Positions 61,561 through 64,000 of a stretch of DNA of 64,000 nt are shown here, piece after piece (positions within the stretch are counted from its first letter, which is position 1; every line of letters begins with the position of its first letter). Origin of the DNA: Octopus sinensis (taxonomy: Eukaryota); contig NC_042999.1 of NCBI RefSeq assembly GCF_006345805.1, positions 120,714,001-120,778,000 on the forward strand. The letters are read 5' to 3'. The notes under the pieces were generated by a model. That model saw only the letters and a list, made by a program, of their open reading frames with translations, was not told the origin of the DNA and ran no database searches. The translations under genes were made by a program, and so were the position numbers.

Positions 61561-63231
61561 CTTTATGCGAGACATATTTGTCCTGTACATATACTTGAAC
61601 AAAATGATTTTGACAAAGTTTTATGTGTTCAGTTCTGGATTTTTAAATCGCATATTACTTGACGACTTCCATTATGTTTGCTTTTAGTAACAAGTTGTTG
61701 TTTCCTTTTACTGGATAGTTTCTAGAATTGGATATGCTTCAAGAAGTGTTAAGAGTGCTGTGTCGAAGCATTGCATTGCAATATATAATTCGAACTTACA
61801 TCTTATGTACAAGGAAACCGAGACTGTGTATTATAACACTCCGGTGACAATATCATACTTCCATAAACTGAAACAAAATGTTCTGATAAAGTAATCAGTT
61901 ATATTGCATATATCGAATATGAGGGAATAGGATAGTCTTTCGTTTAGTTTTCACTGGCTACATATAATAAGCTTTGAAGAAGAAGCTGAGTTTTGAAAGA
62001 AGACAATAAAATAGTCTTGTTCTATATTACCGAATACATGTACTACTAATTCCTTAGAAATACAAACACCTCGCTAGTTAACATATATGTACGAACCTCT
62101 GTTTTTGTCACCATTCTTACTCTTTCAACAAAATCTTACACATACGCCCTTTCAACTTACGATTGTTAACCATTACTATCTCTCTGAATCACCCTCACTG
62201 GCTATATTTTATTTTATTTATCGATACTATCTAGATACCATTTAGCATTAACGTGGTACAAAAAGGCATCGTCAGTTTAATGTACTAGGAAATATTTTGG
62301 ATTCGTTGATGCTTCATTAATAAAAATAAAGTCTAGGTCAAAATGTAGTCACACAATACTTAGCGTGCATAAAATCACATGTCTAAATATTGTTTTAAAG
62401 TAAGATGCTACGTACAAGTCTGTTACATTTCAGGTAGTCTTTTATTCGTTGAAAGGTTTCACTCACTGGATTACGACCGTGTCTGGTTATGGGATAAATA
62501 CGACCAAAGAAATAATGGAAACTAGGCAGTAAAAAGTAACAATAATTTCTTAGAGTTGTAAATTTTGACGAGTCACCATAGAACATTTTATCTAATTATC
62601 AAAATATGGCAATCTAAAAGAAAATACTGGAATAAATTAGTATCTATAGGAATAAGCTTTCAGGAGTGAGGAAAGTGAGCAAGAACATAATTCAAGACAC
62701 AGACATTCTTTACAATTGACAAATCTTATCTGATTAGCAAAAAAGTACGTAATTTTTAACGAATATTTCTACAGCTAGGACTATCGGAAACTTTAAAGGT
62801 TTTTATCAACCAACACTTCATATAGCCGCATCAGATATGATTAGGCAAAAACTACATGTGCACGTATTGAATTTCTAGTGTCTGTAACATAGGAATTCCT
62901 GGCTGATTTATAGCATGACTTCCTCTTATTACTCTTTTCATTTCATTATCAATCACTTCGCAATTTCAATAACGTATAAATCTTGGCCCTTACATCAAAT
63001 AGCTTATTTTAATTTAATGATATAAATTAAATTTAAGTGCAGAGAGTTTTTGTGTCTTCTGGAAATATCTGAATATAAATCACCTTTATAAAATGTATTC
63101 TATAACAGTTTAGTTAATGAAAAAAAATAAATGTGTCCGCATATAGATTAGAATTGCAATATGAAAAATATTTAAAGTCAAAGTATATTGATATTCTAGA
63201 CACAGCAAACATTTCAACAAACTGTACAAAG

Positions 63232-63287
63232 CAAAATTTTGTGCAAATTAAGAACAAAATTTTGTGCAAATTAAGAACAAAATTTTG
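63232..63287. repeat. 23-bp local tandem duplication (CAAAATTTTGTGCAAATTAAGAA x2.4)
   Basis: Seen directly in the sequence. Confidence 0.9.
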
Positions 63288-64000
63288 AAAGTAATTTTAA
63301 TGTGAAGCAGTAGTACGTTTAACAGTGTTGAAGTGAAAAATGCTGTTAGATAATTCTCTTAGAGATATCAACTTCGTTAATCGTCATTCCAATCTAATAT
63401 TTTCATAAATCAGCGTCAAATATAATATTACGGAAACTATCTTTTGGTATAGAACAAATGAAATAAATAATTTATACAAATATGTTAAAAATCAGTTGAT
63501 GCGGTTGATGACCTTCACTTGAAATGACTGTCGTATAACAGCAGGGGATTTGGCTTTTGTTATTTAGTTTGTGAAAAATCAATGCAATAAAATTGCTTAT
63601 CGAGAAATTTGTTCAATGCTATTGCTTAGAAATTTGTAATAAAGTGTTTCAAATCAGGCACAGATAATTTTCGTATTTGACAGGGCTAATAACTTAAATC
63701 AGGAAAATTGTGCGCTCCTGAAAACATAATGTTCCTGGCAAATAAGCATAGGAACATGTTCGCATTTTGTCGATTTATTAATTTCACTACATTATTAAAG
63801 CTATAACAAAATACACTTTTCGATGTTCGTTTTTGACCCTTTGAATCCAAAGGGCTGATCACCCATTTCTGAATATTTTTTGCAACTACCATTGAAGCAG
63901 TTACCCCTGTAACATGCAATTCTAAAAAACTATCATTTTCTTTGCAACTAAAGCTCAAAATTGCTTCCATAATGCAACACATCAATTTTAATAATGGTCA

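Noticed and set aside
62434-62528. Candidate exon (+: VVFYSLKGFTHWITTVSGYGINTTKEIMETR, or LDYDRVWLWDKYDQRN in another frame; a CCA|GTGAGT donor on the minus strand)
   Set aside because: Several mutually exclusive readings are equally plausible and I recognise no domain.

Overview
AT-rich eukaryotic non-coding DNA packed with microsatellites and decayed transposons. The SINE, RTE and mariner repeat styles resemble octopus (coleoid cephalopod) genomic DNA; this is recognition from memory, not a database result. I found no intact host gene, rRNA, true tRNA gene or CRISPR array, and most listed ORFs are microsatellite or antisense-to-transposon artefacts. Contents: more than a dozen fragments of R4/Dong-like non-LTR retrotransposons (RT + CCHC knuckle + restriction-like endonuclease), mostly bounded by (AAT)n-type tracts, including a near full-length copy at 45441-49603 with a 24-bp tandem array at its 5' end; two Penelope-like elements (GIY-YIG) with decayed minimal hammerhead ribozymes; a complete but dead Chapaev3-like DNA transposon with intact TIRs and TTA TSD (17055-19196); several mariner relics and a MITE; tRNA-derived SINEs including a 184-bp tandem dimer; an RTE-clade LINE; and an apparently identical 967-bp tandem duplication. 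The most interesting structure is at 45185-51410: a Penelope element whose 3' terminus reads tRNA-like Pol III head, (AAT)n, hammerhead ribozyme, with a Dong-like LINE inserted in that (AAT)n and an inverted terminal-repeat copy at its 5' break. An unidentified, apparently decayed coding stretch lies at about 51420-53400 on the minus strand.
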